Origin: Octopus vulgaris
Taxonomy: Eukaryota
Direction: 5' to 3'
DNA length: 64,000 nucleotides
Assembly (NCBI GenBank): GCA_951406725.2
Contig: OX597814.1
Coordinates: 171,554,001-171,618,000 of the forward strand
Part shown: piece by piece, positions 41,514 through 55,269 of the stretch
Numbering within the stretch: the first letter of the stretch is position 1
How the letters are laid out: each line of letters begins with the position of its first letter
The notes under the pieces: model-generated
Told to the model about the DNA's origin: nothing
Database searches by the model: none
The model's input: only the letters and a program-made list of their open reading frames with translations
Program-made: the position numbers and the translations under genes

Positions 41514-42280
41514 GATATACATACATACACAAATATATATATATGTGTGTATATATATATACAAACATATATCTGTGTGTAAGTGTGTGTTTGTGTATGT
41601 ACGTATATGTGAATGTGTGTGTGTGTACGGATGCACATATTCTACTGCATCTATCCATCTTACTTGATATCTTGAAAATTCTCGAAAATTCTTTCGTATT
41701 TGTTTTATAAACTTTGGTATTCTTACTTTTCCTCAACTTGTATTTCAATTTTCTTTTCGTGCAGTTCTCCTTTTTCATTTACTTTTTGTATGGCACACAA
41801 ACATATGTGTGTGTACGTGTGTGTGTGTATATGTATGTGTGTATCATACCAACACAGGTACTCAGTCTCGTACACATACACACGCGTAGGGTGCAGTATG
41901 GTTAAATGGTTTAACAGTTCGCTTCGCAACCGCGAGGCATCAAATTCGATCTCACTGCGGACATCTTGGACCGATGTGATTTTCTGTAGTCTAGGGGAAA
42001 CCTGTATTTTGCGAATGAAATTGTGTGAAGAAAAATTGTATAGGAAATTGTCTGTTAGAATTTGAATGTAATTCAAACAGTACAGCCTTGTCATAGTTCT
42101 TGCCTGCAGATTTTGTTACGGGAATGCGTATGTCTGTGTCTATGTTCTCTTAGACACAGATGCACAGTCACAAAGGCTCACACACTCACACATGTGCGCA
42201 CTGTCAACGATACATACACTGCTGTCCCAAAACACAAATACGCACATTTCGAGGACCGAGGATGGTGGTGTATATTTGTG

Positions 42281-42707
42281 TAAATAAAATAAAATAAATA
42301 AATGCACCCTTTTTAAAAACCTAGCCAGGCTCATGGGCCCGGTTTCTCGGTTTCTATGGCGTATGTGTTCCCCAGCTGGACGAGACGCCAGTCCATCGCA
42401 GCGTAACACATTTTTTGCCAGCAGAGTGAACTGGAGCAACGTGAATGAGCTCCACATAAATGAGCTCTTTTTAAAGCCTAGCCAGGCTCATGGGCCCAGT
42501 TTCCCAGTTTCAATGGCGTATGTGTTCCCCAGCTGGACGGGACGCTAGTCCATTGCAACATTACTCATTTTTGCCAGCTGAGTGGACTGGAGCAACGTGA
42601 AATGAAGTGTTTTGCTCAAGAACACAACGCGTCGCCCGGTCCAGGAATCGAAACCCCAATCTTACGATCATGGTGCTGACACCTTAACCACTAAGCCACG
42701 CACCTCC
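42281..42707 (-). mobile_element. tRNA-derived SINE with CORE-like and V-domain-like motifs and a duplicated 3' half
   Basis: Minus strand: A/B boxes, GTTGTGTTCTTGAGCAAAACACTT, GCGATGGACTGGCGTC(T/C)CGTCCAG; 42300-42445 repeats 42458-42600. Confidence 0.8.
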
Positions 42708-42776
42708 ACTGTGTAACTATACATACCAAAAAATGAATAAATAAACCTTCTAAAAAAGGGGCTTAATCTATTAGAC

Positions 42777-42930
42777 CATGGATTCTCAACCATGTTTTTT
42801 ATCCATGGACTCCTTTGATTACTATTTCCGTCTGGTGGACTCCCATCGCCATTCGGTGTTTAAAAACTTGTTTTATAGAAACTTTTTTCAAAACTCCTAT
42901 TTTGTTTTTCACACGTTAAATCGTGTAAGT
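42777..42930 (+). mobile_element. hAT/Charlie-like MITE end
   Basis: CATGGATTCTCAACC start; homologous to 10620-10716. Confidence 0.5.
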
Positions 42931-42939
42931 TGGAACTAT

Positions 42940-43188
42940 ACTCTTTTACTCATTTACTCTTTTACTTGTTTCAGACATTTGACTGTGGCCATGTTGGAGC
43001 ACCACCTTTAGTCGAGCAAATCGACCCCAGGACGACTTATTCTTTGTAAGCCTAGTACTTATTCTATCGGCTTCTTTTGCCGAACCACTAAGTTACGGGG
43101 ACGTAAATACACCAGCATCGGTTGTCTACCAAATCCACTCACAAGGCTTTGGTCGGCCCGAGGCTATCGTAGAAGACACTTGCCCAAG
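42940..43188 (-). mobile_element. SINE-A, internally deleted
   Basis: Family alignment. Confidence 0.85.
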
Positions 43189-43451
43189 TTTAAAAAGAGA
43201 GATAGAAATAGACAGAAAAAAAGGAGAATGTCCTTTGCATTTGAAAACTATGGAAATAAATTTTTAAAAAAATATTTCATTTAATTTTTCCACAATTTAA
43301 TTGCTTTCCATACTTCACTCTGCGTTGAAAAAGTCGCAGTGACTGAAACCGGTACTAAAATATCCTTGATGATAAAATTATTTTAGCATTTTCTACCTGG
43401 TCTTATTTTCCTTATATATAGCAACTCGTGCGTTCCTTTTCAACCTTCTAC

Positions 43452-43490
<39 letters not shown>

Positions 43491-43496
43491 TACCTA

Positions 43497-43568
<72 letters not shown>

Positions 43569-44689
43569 TATAACTACTTATATGCTTGTGCGTATACATT
43601 TTACATACATCTAGCCGTAAGTATGTGTATAAATATATGATTGAATTTTCTACATTCCACAAAAAAAAAGATAACATCATAAACAGCAGCAACAACATAA
43701 AAAAAAATGATGTACACCAGAAACATCAAACAAAGATGGTGTCATATATAACCAATCTTCGAAACTGAGTTACCATCAGTTTGATGCCAGACGTCCTATA
43801 ATCGGAAAGAAACATCTTTAATATAATTATATTATAACCTACCATAATTTTAAAAAAATTATCTCACGCCCACTTATTTACTTATTTAAATTTCGCCTCG
43901 TCATAATGTGAAGTCTCACACACACGCACTCACGCACGCACATTTTCTTTCTAAGTCTTTGTCTCCGTCTCTTTCTCTCTTGGTTGTGTGGCTGAGTTCG
44001 GAGTCATATGTTGTATGCGCACACACATAGATATATATATACGTATATACATCTCTCTCTCTCTCTCACTATCTATCTATCTATTTGTCAATCCGCTGTC
44101 AATCTATATACAGTGGGATCTCTAGTTAGGATAGTTTACGATATTTGGTTCGGATCTTTTGCACTGCGAGTTAAAACACCGCCGTGTCCTACATGGCTGG
44201 GAGTCTTAAATCGTTCCAGTTTAGGACTCTAGTTTACAATTACCTCTCGCTCTTTCCTTCCTACTGACCTCAGAGGACACAGAAGGGTCGGAAGCACTGC
44301 CCCTTTCCCCCTGATTCAATAATCATAAAAGAACAACTTTCTAAATATACAATAATCGGTCTTAAACGAATGAATCGTATCTGTCCATTGTATCTATTTA
44401 CTACTAAGTGAACTGAGTCAGCGAATGTTAGATTTCTCGACCATGACACAATACAAACCACCAGCCCTCGGTTCATTAGTTAAAGATTCTGTCGACTCCA
44501 CTCGGTTCGTGTCACTATTATAACGATAACATAGAGGCAGTTAGGAGTCGTTGCGATGCAGCAAAACTAAGAGAACTAAGAGAACTAAGAGTATCAAATT
44601 GATAGTAGTAGATGTTCATATTGAATTAGGAAGTATTAAAGGAGCGGAGCATATGGTAGCATTGGTAAAAGAGCACATGGAAAATAGGA

Positions 44690-45240
44690 AAAAGTTAAGC
44701 GCAAATTTCGCATTCGTTATCAGAAAGCAATGAATTTTGATAGTTTAAGACATATAAAAGTTGGTAATCGTGTGTTCGTTAGCAGCAGTCTATGTCAGTT
44801 TTGGTTTAATGTTAACAGTAAGTAGACAAATTTCGGATTGTAGATTATTATTGGCTGTTGGCCAGCATCAGTGTTAAATTGGTGTTTACGTTTCGTTAGC
44901 AATAGCACAAACCAATATTATCACTTCAACACATTCGAATATTGCCTGGTTATGTTGAGATTAGCGTTTGACTCTCCGTTAGAAACAGCAGAAATCAGTG
45001 TTTGTTCGTTAGCAACAATGCGAATCACATTTAGTTTTCACTTAGCAGTGACGGAAACTAGAATTCGTTAGTCGGTTCCCCAAGCATTGCGAATTAACTT
45101 CGGTTGGCGGTAGGTAAATCAACAATTTAAATTTTAGTTGTCCGCAGTTTTGATTCCCTTGTTGCTTAGCGACATTCTGATTTATCATCACTCGTTGTCG
45201 ATTAGCAACAACACAAAGCAGCTTCGGTTTTGTACAGGCA
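44690..45240. repeat. Degenerate ~30-35-bp minisatellite with (TTC)GTTAGCAAC core
   Basis: Core variants near 44712, 44774, 44808, 44891, 44974, 45004, 45039, 45063, 45164 and 45200. Confidence 0.55.
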
Positions 45241-46082
45241 TTTAGTAAAGTATAAACAGAGTTAACAACACTTAAAATGTTATTGCCTTTGACTGGTTGA
45301 TACTTCTGTCTTTATAGCACTATAGATCTATCAACTGTAAACACTACTAGCTTTCTGCCGCCATGCTATCATCAGGAACACACTGTTGAATGCCAGAACA
45401 CCGTGTTAATAAAAGACTTTTAGACTTACTGAACATGAGAAAAAAATTAAATAAAAAAAAAATATGGAAGCGACAAAGTATCATATACAAAAACAATATA
45501 AATATTAAAAAACAATGACTTCATTTTTCTATTCGGCATTCTCTTTAAAATTACAACGTCCTTGACAGTGCATGGACTATGTTGAAAGTCACAACCACGT
45601 ATACAGACAAATAAGTAGATATACACACACGTACATACACACACAAAGGCACATACAAACACAAACACAAACACAAACACACACAACACACTAACATGCA
45701 AACCATACAAGACCATATATAGCACAATACATCTATCTCTTTTACGAAACCTTTCTACGGTTTTCAAAGTGTGCACATATGTCTAAAGCGATAAGCATCA
45801 ACTGACAGTTAACATTCATTTTTCCCAGCCAAGTTTACAGCCAAACGAACGCCAATGAACTCTCGTTTTTCTCTCTTTCTTACAATGAAATAATAAAAAA
45901 AAGAAACTTTCATGCTTTGCTATCTTTGTTTGTATAGCGCAAATGTTTCAAGAGGGGCCTTCTGGAAACTGTCTGTCAACCTGAACTTCTGACTTCAGTC
46001 ACTTATCCACACTCATCAACACCCGTCTACAATAGTTCACTCACACACATTTCACTGACGTCCTTGTTGTAGTGCTAACTTG

Positions 46083-46319
46083 CACCACCACCACCACCAC
46101 CACCACCAGCACATCCACCACTACCACCATCACCACCACCATAACCACCACCACCACCACCACCACCACCACCCACCATCACCACTACCACCATCACCAC
46201 CACCACCACCACCACCACCACCACCACCACCACTGCCACCGCCACCACCGCCGCCGCCGCCGTCGCCACCGCCGCCGCCGCCACCGCCGCCGCCGCCGCT
46301 GCTGCTGCTGCTGCTGCTG

Positions 46320-46373
<54 letters not shown>
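46083..46373. repeat. Compound array (CAC)n(CGC)n(TGC)n(TAC)n
   Basis: Directly visible. Confidence 0.95.
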
Positions 46374-46499
46374 GCAATAATAACGAAAAAAATCAGCGAG
46401 TTATATTTTTACTCTCATTGTTATTGTTGTAGCTGTTGTTCTTGCTGCTACTGCTGTTGCTGCTGTTGTTGTTGTTATCTGGACTACAAAAAATGTTAG

Positions 46500-47040
46500 T
46501 GCTCTCCGGAAGACGGTGAACTTTTTTGATTCCGTTCTTCATGTGTCCTAATGTTTCTATGACCACCAGCTTTTATTTCGGTCTTCACAGTACAGACAGA
46601 TCCTGTTGATTTCTGTCTCTAAGATCTTTGTATTTGGCCAGCTTCTCTGTAAGCTTTCACAGAAATTGCTTCTTTTTGAAAGACAATGTAATGTCACTAA
46701 GTACATATCTGACTTTCCTCGTCTTTGATAACAATGTCAGACAACATTGTTCTTAATGACCATGTTTGGTTCATGTTTAGTTAATGTTCATACCACTTTT
46801 CTGATTGCTTTGTTTCCTTACTCCTGTATATTTTTCCAGTGCACACACACAGCTGACTTGTAATGTCTGTGAATGTATTCGGTTTTTGCTAATTCCAGGC
46901 ATCCAAAGACAATGTTGATAATGATTTACCTTATATTTACCAGAGATCCTGAATTATGAATGTTTTATCCTTGTTAATGCAATACTGATAGGATCTAATT
47001 GCGAGAATCTAACTCTTTGCAGTAATTATCAGACCGACCA
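46500..47040 (-). mobile_element. R4/Dong-like non-LTR retrotransposon relic (restriction-like endonuclease C-terminus)
   Basis: INIVFGCLELAKTEYIHRHYKSAVCVHW..EKWYEH..SDIVIKDEE..TEKLAKYKDL..VVIETLG, matching the HxxxGC..YxxRHD / PD / EKxxKY / PVVxGxLG motif order. Confidence 0.85.
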
Positions 47041-47062
47041 TTTTTTGGTTCCAGTCCAGGAC

Positions 47063-47278
47063 GCAGGCGTGGCTGTATAGTAAGTAGTAAGTACTTAATT
47101 ATACATATACAGCGTGGCTGTGTGGTAAGAAGCTTGCCTCCCAACTACGTGATTCCGTGTTCAGTCCCACTGTGTCGCATCTCGGGCAAGTGATCTTCTG
47201 CTATGACGCAAGGTCGACAAGAGCCTTGTGAGTGGTTTTGGCAGACTGAAACTGAAAGAAGCCCGCCGTATATACATA

Positions 47279-47311
<33 letters not shown>

Positions 47312-47624
47312 ATATATATATATATCACCGTGATCACCGTGACCGATTAGGCTACCAAATGTTGCTACACATCGCTGGTCACAATGCATTTCACATTGTT
47401 TTAGTTTTCAAATGACGCCACCCCGCCGGTTAAGCGAGCAGGCCAACAAGAGAAAGAGTGAGAGAAGGTTGTAGCGAAAGAGTACAGCAGGGATCGCCAC
47501 CACCCCTTGCTGGAGCCTCGTGGGGATTAGGTGTTTTCACTCAATAAACACTCACAACGCCCGGTCTGGGAATCGAAATTGCGATCCTACAACCGCGAGT
47601 CCGCTGCCCTAACTACTGGACCAT

Positions 47625-47708
<84 letters not shown>

Positions 47709-47935
47709 CACGCGCGAGTGTCTTTATGCGTTTGTCACCTATCAGCGTTTTACAATTGGTGTTGGTTTGTTTAAGTCTAACTTAGTAGTTAGACTTAACT
47801 AACTTAGTAGTTCAGCAATAGTAACAGGTTTAAAGAAATAAATATCGGTATCTATTTATTTGACTAAGCCATTCAGGCGGTGACCCCTGCATAGCTGCAG
47901 TCCAATGATTGGAACATGTAAAAGCTAAGAGATAC
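47063..47935 (+). mobile_element. SINE-A host with a SINE-C2 nested in its internal microsatellite
   Basis: Head 47063-47270, tail 47740-47935. Confidence 0.75.
47325..47625 (-). mobile_element. SINE-C2 copy
   Basis: Reverse-complement match to 40162-40464. Confidence 0.9.
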
Positions 47936-48150
47936 AATATATGTTTGGAGGGATATATTATCCAGGCGGATACCGAATTAGCTTTCAGTGAAGTTCCTTT
48001 TTACGGCTAACCACGATCGGTATGTAAACGTTTGTGTCCACATTTAGTAGTTAGTCGCACGGTGAATTACAATTATAATATGCTGTATAAAGCTATAAAA
48101 TTAATATTGTCGATGTACAAGTCTCCATACACTTCATTATTATTAATATC

Positions 48151-48232
<82 letters not shown>

Positions 48233-48237
<5 letters not shown>

Positions 48238-48437
48238 ACGAAACAAACAAAAGACGAAGACAGGTGGTGTACAAAACAAACAGATGTATTAGTATAACTC
48301 TCAGGAATAGAAAAAGTCTTTTACGTTTCGAGCCTACGCTCTTCTACAGAAAGGGACACAGAAAAAAACAAGGAGAGAAAAAAATGTGTGTAGTGGTTAA
48401 CGATCTATCATGGCGACTGACTGCCAGACAGAAGGGT

Positions 48438-48440
<3 letters not shown>
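48233..48440 (-). mobile_element. Hammerhead-bearing short element, family 2 (motif at 48318-48353, core CTGTAGA)
   Basis: CTTT-CTGTAGA-A-GAGC-GTAG-GCTC-GAAAC-GTA-AAAG; flanked by (AG)n/(TA)n and (CA)n. Confidence 0.8.
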
Positions 48441-48485
<45 letters not shown>

Positions 48486-48734
48486 CACACATACATACAT
48501 AGATACATGCATATTTACATATACACACACGCAAAAAGTGACACATGCAGGCGCACACATACATATGTAATTGTTTATGGAGCAATAGATCTCGGAGCAT
48601 ATAAAGCTATAAATGATGACACGTAAATATTGGATTGAAAAATCCCCCAATGGGTGGAAAGGTAGAAGGGTGCCTTTAAGTTTTTCTCCCGAAGAAAAGC
48701 TCTAAATATACAGTAGCTGCTGCTGCTGCTGCTG

Positions 48735-48797
<63 letters not shown>

Positions 48798-48858
48798 ATG
48801 CTAATAATAATAATAATAATAATAATGTTTTAAAAGAAACAATTTTCGCATGGTTTTT

Positions 48859-49193
<335 letters not shown>

Positions 49194-49555
49194 GAGGAGG
49201 ATGATGAAGATGAGAATGGTAATGATGATAATGATGATGATGATGATATGATGATTATGACGACAACGACGACAATGATAATAGCTATACTACGGATATG
49301 CTAACAAAATTGCGTTAAATGTTAAGGTTGATGTTTGCACTAAATTTCTAATGAGACCTGTTTAGCAGCAATTAACTGCCAGTTAATTAGTAAAGTAAGA
49401 AACACCAAGTAATTGATATACTAGTAATAAGTAGCTTTTATATGATATACAGAATTCTGTAAATGTGCACACGCGCGCGCACGCACACACACACACACAC
49501 ATACACACACACACACACACACACGCACGCGCACACACACACACACACACACACG

Positions 49556-49606
<51 letters not shown>

Positions 49607-49891
49607 TGTCGGAGTTAAGACTGTTACCCTCATCCCAAATTTAACGTAACCGAATCAGTCAAGATTATCAGCAAATGTCATGCGTACTGTTCTGACTTGC
49701 ATATAAACAAAAATATACATATTTAGACACACACATACACACACACACACACACGGACACACATCAACGCAGGCATGAATTCATAGATATAGATGCTATG
49801 CGAATTGAATGACTTAACCATCAAGCGAATAATGCAATCGGTCACCTGATCAGCTTGAAATAGTGGCCTGATCTTCCTCAAGTTACGCCTA

Positions 49892-50118
49892 TGGCGAGCT
49901 GGCAGAATCATTAGCACGCCGAGCGAAATGCGTAGCCGTATTTCGTCTGCCGTTACGTTCTGAGTTCAAATTCTACCGAGGTCAACTTTGCCTTTCATCC
50001 TTTCGGGGTCGATAAATTAAGTACCAGTTACGCACTGGGATGATGTAATCGATTTAATCCGTTTGTCTGTCCTTGTTTGTCCCCTCTATATTTAGCCCCT
50101 TGTGGGTAATAAAGAAAC
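49892..50118 (+). mobile_element. SINE-B full-length
   Basis: Family alignment. Confidence 0.9.
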
Positions 50119-50394
50119 ATATATTAAATAAAGACGCATTGGATAACTTTAGTCTTACTTCTAACAAGGGTGATAGTCGTTGGTGGCATGATCTTGATCA
50201 TAAGTTGGTTCGATCAGGAATGTTCTGAGGTTTAAATAACCTAGCGGACTCTCTTACCGTGAACCATTGAGGGTTCCGCAACTACTTGTTCAGTATTCCC
50301 CGGTTTCTTGCTAAACATCCTGCACAGATGATTTGTTTATAGTGATCAAATGTTAGTGCTGAACACAAGTAGACTTCATTCATCAAATCCATAT

Positions 50395-50789
50395 TCTTTT
50401 CTACTCTAGGCACAAAGACCAAAATTTTTTGGGGGGAGGGCCAGTCAATTAGATCGAGCCCACTACGCATCTGGTACTTAATTTATCGACCCAGAAAGGA
50501 TGAAAGGCAAAGTCGATCTCGGCGGAATTTGAACTCAGAACGTAAAGACACATGAAATACCAATAAGCATTTCGCCCGGCGTGCTAACGTTTCTTATTTC
50601 TTTATTGCCCACAAGGGGCTAAACATAGAGGGCACAAACAAGGACAGATAAAGGGATTAAGTCGATTACATCGACTCCACTGCGTAACTGGTACTTAATT
50701 TATCGACCCCGAAAGAATGAAAGGCAAAGTCGACCTCGGGGGAATTTGAACTCAGAACGTATCGGCAGACGAAATACCGCTAAGCATTT
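50395..50789 (-). mobile_element. SINE-B dimer, truncated at the long-TIR element
   Basis: Junction CTAACGTTTCTTATTTC, identical to that at 37040. Confidence 0.85.
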
Positions 50790-50790
50790 A

Positions 50791-51610
50791 GTGTTTCAAT
50801 CTTGCCCTACTTTTATAGGGAGTTCACGACTCAAATTGGTATATATTTTGAATATGATTTAATTGCTAGTGGATAGTCACATGACTGGTCTTGGAAATTT
50901 TTGTAGGTTCCCCGCTACGTGTGACAATGTTTGGCGTTGTAAGTTAAAGCTGACACGGTTGACTGAACATGTCTAGTGACAGTACCAAACAATCAATGCT
51001 CTGAGTGTTTTCTGTCCAGTGTTTGTAGAGAATGAACATGTGATTAAGTTTAGAAATTTTTGTAAGTTTCCCGCTACGTCCGCGCGTTAGTCTCACGTGA
51101 CAGTATATTTTGTGCCTAAAATGAAGGCCGACACGGTTGAAGGAACATGTTTAGTTATAATCAAGGCACTCTAAATTTAATCTCTCTGGTGGGAGAGTGG
51201 ACAGGCGTCGATTGCATGTACTCCAGTGGTTAAAGTTTAGGTTGTTAGCTGTGTAGGTTCCTTACATTAAGAAGCAGAATTAGTTTTGTGTGTGGATAGT
51301 TAATTGTGTATGTACTCTGTTAAAGTTTGTTAAGTCTTGGTTTGTACCACTCAGATCATATTTGGAATAACTTGATTGTAACTAAACAAGTTCACTCAAA
51401 CGAGTCGGAATTCATTTTAGGCGGAATATATACTGTCCCGTGATACAAACGCATGGACGTAAAGGGAACGTACAAAAGGTTCTGAAAGTAATCTCTACAA
51501 ACACTTGACAGAAAATATTCAGAGCATTGATTGTCTGGTACTGTCACTAAACATATCAGTCAACCGTGTCATCATGAACTCCCTATAAAAAAAGGGCAAG
51601 CTTCTAACAC
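50791..51610. mobile_element. 820-bp non-autonomous DNA element with long bipartite terminal inverted repeats, TA-flanked
   Basis: 50791-50829 pairs with 51572-51610; 50951-51030 pairs with 51494-51571; internal direct repeats ~50893-50977 and ~51053-51154. Confidence 0.8.
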
Positions 51611-51882
51611 TAGTCAGAAGTAAGCAGCTGCTATATAAACCACGTCTTTCTGTTTCAACTTTTTGAAAATCAGTCTAAACAGTGAAACCGGTTAAATCTT
51701 TAAGTATAATAATAAAAATTATTTTAACTATGCTTAGTGCATTTTCAACTTCTATTTTTCCAGTATATATAAACAAGTTAAAAATAATAGTCATTACATA
51801 TTATTTCTATATTGGAACAAATTTGGCTTACAGCTGTTTCCAGTGGTTGTTAAGGGTACATTACTGATAGGTTCACTATACG

Positions 51883-51936
<54 letters not shown>

Positions 51937-52519
51937 CATATACATACAGGCATATACACCCATCACTAGACTGCAAATATATCCACAGTTGCATTTACAG
52001 TATTTTAATATATTTACATATCTCTGTAATTTTCTTGACTCAAAGAAAGCGTCCTCTTTCTTCATGATCGACTCGAATTCGACGAAGAATTTATCGCTAC
52101 TCGTACCTACCTACCTACTTACCTACCTACATACCTACTTACCTACCTACCTACACACGTACATACATATATCGCTCTATTATTATGCATGTGTACAAAC
52201 AAAATCCCATGCACACAAACATACAGACGCATATACGCATACAAGAATGTAAATCCGGAAATCTCCTTACAATGCGAAAGATAGAATTAATAATTTATTA
52301 TGATAATAAATTATTATTTCTCTCTCTCGCATGGTAAGATTTCCGCTTTACTTTATTTTCATTTATCACAGTACTTCATGCAAACTACTACGTTCTTTGA
52401 TATATATATATATAAATATATCTATATATATATATTTATATATATATATATGTTTATATATATGTATATATATATACATATATATAATATATATATATAT
52501 TTATATATATTTATATATA

Positions 52520-52577
<58 letters not shown>

Positions 52578-52585
52578 TATATAAG

Positions 52586-52645
<60 letters not shown>

Positions 52646-52736
52646 GACATGCATGTATGTATATGTATATATGTTTGTGGGTGTTAATATGTATATAGAT
52701 ATATTTGAGTGTGTACATATATACATTCCTATATAC

Positions 52737-52767
<31 letters not shown>

Positions 52768-52772
52768 TACAC

Positions 52773-52818
<46 letters not shown>

Positions 52819-52819
<1 letters not shown>

Positions 52820-54057
52820 CAGGTCATCCCATAAGTTCTGTCCGATTTTGCCTTTTTTTAAACTGAATGAAATTTAATAGTATTTTAGAATGTCTAATGG
52901 AATTAAAAATTGTTTTTATCCCTTTGTGTGCATATAAACTAATTAAATATTATTTTACAGAATAAAATAATTCAAATTTCTTTGATTAAAACCCTTTCTA
53001 ACATGGAAGTATCCAAAGAGCATAATGCTTTATGAGTACAAAAACGTAAACTCTGCAGCTGAAGCAACACGAAACATTCACTAAGTTTATGAGAAAGAAT
53101 ACTTGAATGAAAGAACTTGAAGAAGATGGTTTTCAAAACTCAGTAGTGGAGATTTCAGCCTTGAAGATGAAGATCGAACAGGACGTCCAGTTGAATTTGA
53201 TGATAAGTTCCTTGAGGTATTACTTGAAGAAATCCTGCATTATCAGTTCGAAGAATTGGCAATAAAGCTTAGTTCAAACCATACAACTGTTCATCGTCAT
53301 CTTCAACAACCTGGAAAGGTTCCTAAACTTGGAAAATGTTTGCCTCATGAATTGTCCGAAAGCAACTGCAAATCCCGAGTTGACATCTGTTCTTCTTTCC
53401 ATTCTCGCGAACTCATTTCACTCTTTTTGGATAGACTTGTGACTGGTGACGAAAAATGGATCTTCTATCGAAATGTTAAACATAGTAAAGAGTGGCTTGG
53501 TAAGAGGGAAAAAGCTCAACCACAACCGAGAAGGGAACTTTATGGGAAAATGGTTCTCCTCCCAGTCTGGTGGTTTTGCAAAGGAGTAATTCACTTTGAA
53601 TTATTACCACCTAATGCAACAATTTAATGCTGAAGTCTATTGTCAGCAATTAGAGCGTTTCAACCAAGCTTTGAAGAAAAAAAAAGACCCGCTTTAGTGA
53701 ATCGAAAAGGAGTGATGTTTCATCAGGACAATGCGTGACTCCACGAAAACATTCCTCATTCACCTTATTCTCACGACCTTGCTCCTTCAGACTACCATTT
53801 GTTTCGTAGTTTACAGAATCATTTGGGGGACATAACTTTCGCAAGTCAGGAGGAGGTTGAAACTAACATTTCAGAGTTCTTCTCTTTGAAAGTAAAAGAG
53901 TTTTACATTGATGGGATTAAAAAGCTTGTAAATAGATGAAAGGAAGTTACAGATAATCAGGGAAAGTACATTGATGATTAAATTTGAATTAAATATAATA
54001 TTTGATCACTTGTTTTCTTTATTCAAAATTCTTGACAGAAGTTATGGGATAACCTGA
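52819..54057 (+). mobile_element. Near full-length decayed mariner (transposase pseudogene)
   Basis: TA|TCAGGTCATCCCATAAGTTCTGTC ... GACAGAAGTTATGGGATAACCTGA|TA; motifs CLPHEL, VTGDEKW, HQDNA, PYSHDLAPSDYHLF; multiple stops and frameshifts. Confidence 0.95.
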
Positions 54058-55088
54058 TATATCAGAATGTACTTTTGTGGAGATTAGCTACCCAACGCAG
54101 ATGAATAATTTCATTCACAATTAGTGAAAATAAGAGCCCATTTATAATCATCTGCTTCGCAATCTACAATTTCTCTACCTAGATTATGAAGGAATATTTG
54201 TACCCATAAATATTTGGTGAACTTGATGATTATGCTACAAATTGCATTATTGATAGCCTTGAAGAACTTTGTTTTCCGGAAATGAAAAAAAAAAGGTATC
54301 TAACTTGTAGACGGTAAATTCAATCTGTAAGTGGAACTTTAAAACCATGTAAAACTTTCTCGAAATTCAAGATGTAACTTGCTACTGTTGTTGTTGTATA
54401 AATTTCAACGAGAGAACTTAATTCCTTCAGTGTAAAGCATCTCAGTTTCTTTCTTTTTCATATATTTGTTGATGGATTAATGCAACTTAAAATAACATGC
54501 ACATGCGGACATATCCTCACAGGCGTACATACAGACGGACAGAAAATAGACAGATTCACACGCACACACGTGTGCGCGCACTACACATAGAGACACACAT
54601 TCAGACATATACACACACATACACACATTATTAGGATGAGAGGCAAAATTAATTTGCCTTTATGAAAAGCAGACCTGATTTTTTTGTTTTTATAAATTTG
54701 CTATTAAGCTGCAGATATTCGTTATCACATTTATTTTAGCAGTAATCCATTGTCCCCAAAGCATTGTTACATAGATAGTCTTTGACTAAATGCTTTATAA
54801 ACTGAAAAGATTTAATTAGATAATGAGCCACTAGTATGATCAATATTTTAGAATTTCCAAAAATCAAAAGTAAGCGAAAAGCCACCCCCGCCTACGGTAT
54901 AACTAGAGGCAACTGGAATGTATAGATGCGCCCTCACTTTCTCCCGTCTTTCTCCCAGGTACGTTCCAATTTAGTATGGATAAACTCACACCTGGCGTCC
55001 ATATTCTCGTCAGATGGTACCCATGGTAGGCCGTAAACAAAGACTGCAATAACATCAGCAACTGATTCAGTACGTAACTGAGATGATA

Positions 55089-55229
55089 TAAGGTTGTCCC
55101 AAAAGTTCGTAGAAAGTCTTGGAAAATAATGGTCTTTATTTTGAGGAATAATTTTTGTTGTTTTTGTTAGTACTTGGCGAGTAAAAATTCAATTTTCGCA
55201 AGTGTTTACGAACTTTTGGGACAACCTAA
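55089..55229. mobile_element. 141-bp mariner-type MITE
   Basis: 23-bp TIR T(A/T)AGGTTGTCCCAAAAGTTCGTA at both ends; TA TSD. Confidence 0.9.
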
Positions 55230-55269
55230 TATTTGATGCGACTTCAGCAGGTCTACAGACAATTTACCA

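Noticed and set aside
44690-45240. CRISPR-like array
   Set aside because: Eukaryotic context, non-identical repeats, no cas genes.
46072-46499. Poly-His/Pro/Leu ORFs
   Set aside because: Pure triplet arrays open in most frames.
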